DNA of 64,000 nucleotides from a virus: IMG/VR virus record IMGVR_UViG_3300045988_129434; one strand, 5' to 3'. Shown piece by piece: positions 61,644 to 64,000 of this stretch (position 1 is its first letter; each line of letters starts with the position of its first letter). The notes under the pieces were generated by a model. It saw only the letters and a program-made list of their open reading frames with translations, ran no database searches and was not told where the DNA came from. The position numbers and the translations under genes were made by a program.

Positions 61644-62148
61644 AATGATTAAAAGTATTATCATATCAGGAGATTTTAAGGTCACAGACATCACAAATAA
61701 GATTGATGTACTCTGGGTCAGCGGAGACCTAACGGATGAACAACGTACAGAACTACTACAGATGATTACCTCTCACCTAAATCCAGGCACAGAAGCTCCG
61801 GAAGAGGCAGAACGCTACAAACGTCTGGAAGACAGAGTGGCAAAACTGGAAGAAGAGGTGAAAAAGCTGAAAGGGGAACCAGAACCAGAGCCGGGTGAGG
61901 TTACAGTACCGGCCTGGGAACCTTGGGACGGTATCGCCCAGGAATGGTATAACTATGGAGATGTCGTACAGCATAGTGAAAAATACTGGATTGATACCTT
62001 AAAAGATATGATGAACACTTGGGAGCCTGGCACGATCGGAGTGGACGAACGCTTTTGGAAAGAAATCACCAAAGAGCAAGCCGAGGGAATCTTAAAGGGT
62101 GAATTAGAAGCAGATGAGGTTATTGCACAAAAAGAACTTTTGATCTGA
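61636..62148 (+). CDS. fibre-associated protein with C-terminal CBM5/12-like aromatic motif
   Basis: WEPWDG..WYNYGDVVQHSEKYW..TWEPG; central E/K/P-rich linker. Confidence 0.5.
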   Translation: MYEMIKSIIISGDFKVTDITNKIDVLWVSGDLTDEQRTELLQMITSHLNPGTEAPEEAERYKRLEDRVAKLEEEVKKLKGEPEPEPGEVTVPAWEPWDGIAQEWYNYGDVVQHSEKYWIDTLKDMMNTWEPGTIGVDERFWKEITKEQAEGILKGELEADEVIAQKELLI

Positions 62149-62162
62149 CAGGAGGAAAAACT

Positions 62163-64000
62163 ATGGGAAAAACAACCGGAATTGACGCTTCTGAATGGCA
62201 GAAGTCCATTGATTGGGCTTCTGTGAAGTCTCAGATTGATTTTGTTATCCTACGGGAAGGATACCGCAAGGCAGCGGACAAGTACTTTTTCCGAAACGTA
62301 GAGGGGTGCAAAAATAACCAGATACCCATCCATGGTGTGTATCATTTTCTTTACGCTCTAAATAACCAGGATGTGATCGCAGAAGCGGAAAGCTGCCTAG
62401 CCAATATTGAAAAGGCTGGGCTGCCTAAAACTATCTACGTTTGGGCGGATTTTGAATATGATACTGTCACTAATGCCGCCAAAAAAGGAGTCACACTTGG
62501 TCCCAATGAGTGCAATCTGTTTACCCAGACATTTTGCGATTTCTTCAAAAAAAGAGGTTACAACACTGGTATTTACACTAATGGGGACTACTATACAAAC
62601 TGGTATCGCCAAGATGTCCTGAACAAGTACCCGTTGTGGCTGGCAGATTACACGGGCGAGCCAGATTATCCTTGTCTCTATCAACAGTACACGAGAAGCG
62701 GGAGGATTGCAGGAATCCAAGGCAACGTGGACATGAACTATTATTACGGCGAAAAGGAGGAAACGAACGTGGCGGAAGACTTGTGGAGTAAAACAGCGGA
62801 ATTGATGGCGGCGGAGTCTGGATATCTGGAAAAAGCATCGGAAAGTAATTTAGACAGCAAGACCGGCAACGCTGGCTATGGGAATTATACCAAGTATGCC
62901 CGGGATGTAAATGCCTGGGGACAGCCTGGATGCCAGGGGCAGCCGTGGTGCGCCGTGTACCAGTTCTGGATTTGTGTAAAAATCTTTGGTCTGTCCAGGG
63001 CTTTAGAGATTATGGGAGGCGGTTTCTACAACTGCAACAGTATCAAAAACCATGCAAAATCCAAAAGAACCTGGCATAGCGAGCCAAAGCTTGGAGCACT
63101 GGTAATCTTCCGTAACGGAGCCCACATCGGCAGGGTGACGAAAGTTACTTCCACTCAAATTTACACCAACGAAGGGAATACCTCAAAAGGTGGGTTGAAT
63201 AACGTAGAGGCAAACGGAGGCTGTGTGGCCGACAAAGTCTACACCCGGAATTATTCGGGGATTGATGGCTATGTATGGATTGATTATATTGTAACATCTG
63301 GCAGCTCCGAAACACCGACTAAGGATTTCCTATGCGAAGGAGACCAGGGAGAGGCGGTGAGAGTCTACCAAAAGAATCTGATCTCGATTGGTTATGATTG
63401 CGGAAAGAACGGAGCGGATGGGGACTTCGGTCCAGCTACCAAGGAAGCAACCCAGGAGTTTCAGGGCGACTATGGCCTGGTACAGGACGGAAATGCGGGA
63501 CCTGCAACGCAAGCGAAGCTGGATGCAGAGATAAAGAAGATAGGACAGACACAAAAAGGGTTTGCCAGATTTGTAGGCGAAGTACAGAATACTTGTGTGG
63601 TCCATGAGGCTGCCAAGAAAGCCTCTCCTGCGATTATGGGATATCCGAAATTGTCCAAAGGAAACCTGGTGGATGTCTTAGGCCGTTATGGTTATCAAAG
63701 CGGCTGGTACAAGGTCTGCGTTGCGGATGAGCATATCGGTTATGTCTGGGCGGACAGCGTCAAGCCCGTGGATGCAGAGAGCTATAAAGATAACCTCACA
63801 GAGCAGGGCTTTGTTCGGTTTGTGGGCGAGGTGCAGAAGACCTGTGTGGTTCACCTGAAGCCGAAGAAGGCCTCGGATGCGATTACTGGGTGGCCGAAGC
63901 TTGTCAAAGGAAATCGTGTGGATATCCTGGGCCGGGATGGTTATGAGGACAACTGGTACAAGGTCTGTGTGGCCGATCAGTACATAGGGTATGCTTGGGC
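62163..64000 (+). CDS. multidomain endolysin (GH25 muramidase + CHAP + PG_binding_1 + 2x SH3-like), 3'-truncated by the window
   Basis: Not in the ORF track (no stop); GIDASEWQKSIDW..IDFVILREG (GH25); QPWCAVYQFW..GAHIGRV (CHAP Cys/His); GDQGEAVRVYQKNL..DGDFGPAT; duplicated ..FVGEVQ.TCVVH..GW.KVCVAD..IGY.W. Confidence 0.85.
   Translation, partial: MGKTTGIDASEWQKSIDWASVKSQIDFVILREGYRKAADKYFFRNVEGCKNNQIPIHGVYHFLYALNNQDVIAEAESCLANIEKAGLPKTIYVWADFEYDTVTNAAKKGVTLGPNECNLFTQTFCDFFKKRGYNTGIYTNGDYYTNWYRQDVLNKYPLWLADYTGEPDYPCLYQQYTRSGRIAGIQGNVDMNYYYGEKEETNVAEDLWSKTAELMAAESGYLEKASESNLDSKTGNAGYGNYTKYARDVNAWGQPGCQGQPWCAVYQFWICVKIFGLSRALEIMGGGFYNCNSIKNHAKSKRTWHSEPKLGALVIFRNGAHIGRVTKVTSTQIYTNEGNTSKGGLNNVEANGGCVADKVYTRNYSGIDGYVWIDYIVTSGSSETPTKDFLCEGDQGEAVRVYQKNLISIGYDCGKNGADGDFGPATKEATQEFQGDYGLVQDGNAGPATQAKLDAEIKKIGQTQKGFARFVGEVQNTCVVHEAAKKASPAIMGYPKLSKGNLVDVLGRYGYQSGWYKVCVADEHIGYVWADSVKPVDAESYKDNLTEQGFVRFVGEVQKTCVVHLKPKKASDAITGWPKLVKGNRVDILGRDGYEDNWYKVCVADQYIGYAW

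Noticed and set aside
1-64000. Genome-wide stop-codon reassignment (TAG or TGA recoding) as the explanation for the in-frame stops
   Set aside because: Under the standard code the late genes give uninterrupted ORFs of up to 1253 aa. TAG, TGA and TAA all serve as credible terminators, for example TAG at 27468 and 32920. No tRNA with a CUA, UCA or UUA anticodon in a canonical loop was found.

Overview
The window is almost entirely one large siphovirus-type phage or prophage genome segment. The host looks like a low-GC Gram-positive (Clostridia/Bacilli-like): AGGAGG ribosome-binding sites, a Dp-1-type holin, and a GH25+CHAP+SH3 endolysin. Nearly all genes are on the + strand.

Layout:
- 1-4460: small early/regulatory genes, including a DUF4160/DUF2442/RHH operon driven by duplicated consensus promoters.
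- 4462-6731: a small-terminase-like gene and a serine-recombinase cassette.
- 6732-8886: an RNA-rich leader (tRNA-Asn plus permuted tRNA-like modules) in front of a Ro60-like DUF2828/vWA gene.
- 8898-13600 and 14929-20099: about 40 tightly coupled small early ORFs, an HNH-AP2 endonuclease and a T4 Rnl1-type RNA ligase.
- 13598-14928: a 1.3-kb ORF-free RNA island with tRNA-Gln, tRNA-Met, tRNA-Thr, one aberrant tRNA-like RNA and structured spacers.
- 20171-64000: the morphogenesis and lysis module. It runs TerL, portal, scaffold, decoration protein, lambda-E-type capsid, connector, major tail, chaperones with a likely -1 frameshift, a ~1700-aa tape measure, tail tip, collagen-like fibres, a 1253-aa fibre, and a multidomain endolysin cut by the window end.

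Three accessory insertions interrupt the late module:
- 27030-32930: low-complexity proteins, a Bro-N protein and two HExxH proteins.
- 34271-35552: holin and Rha.
- 43391-52858: RelBE, HicAB, Fic, a type-I-toxin-like peptide and antirepressor paralogues.

The tape-measure gene appears split by a group I intron that carries a GIY-YIG homing endonuclease.

Most interesting candidates:
- a phage Ro/Y-RNA-like RNP locus;
- the tRNA / large-structured-RNA island (possibly ROOL/GOLLD-class);
- atypical tRNAs;
- a thrice-repeated late promoter-plus-terminator cassette, with boxB-like hairpins and a repeated 5' leader motif.

All family assignments come from reading motifs by eye. None was confirmed by a search.
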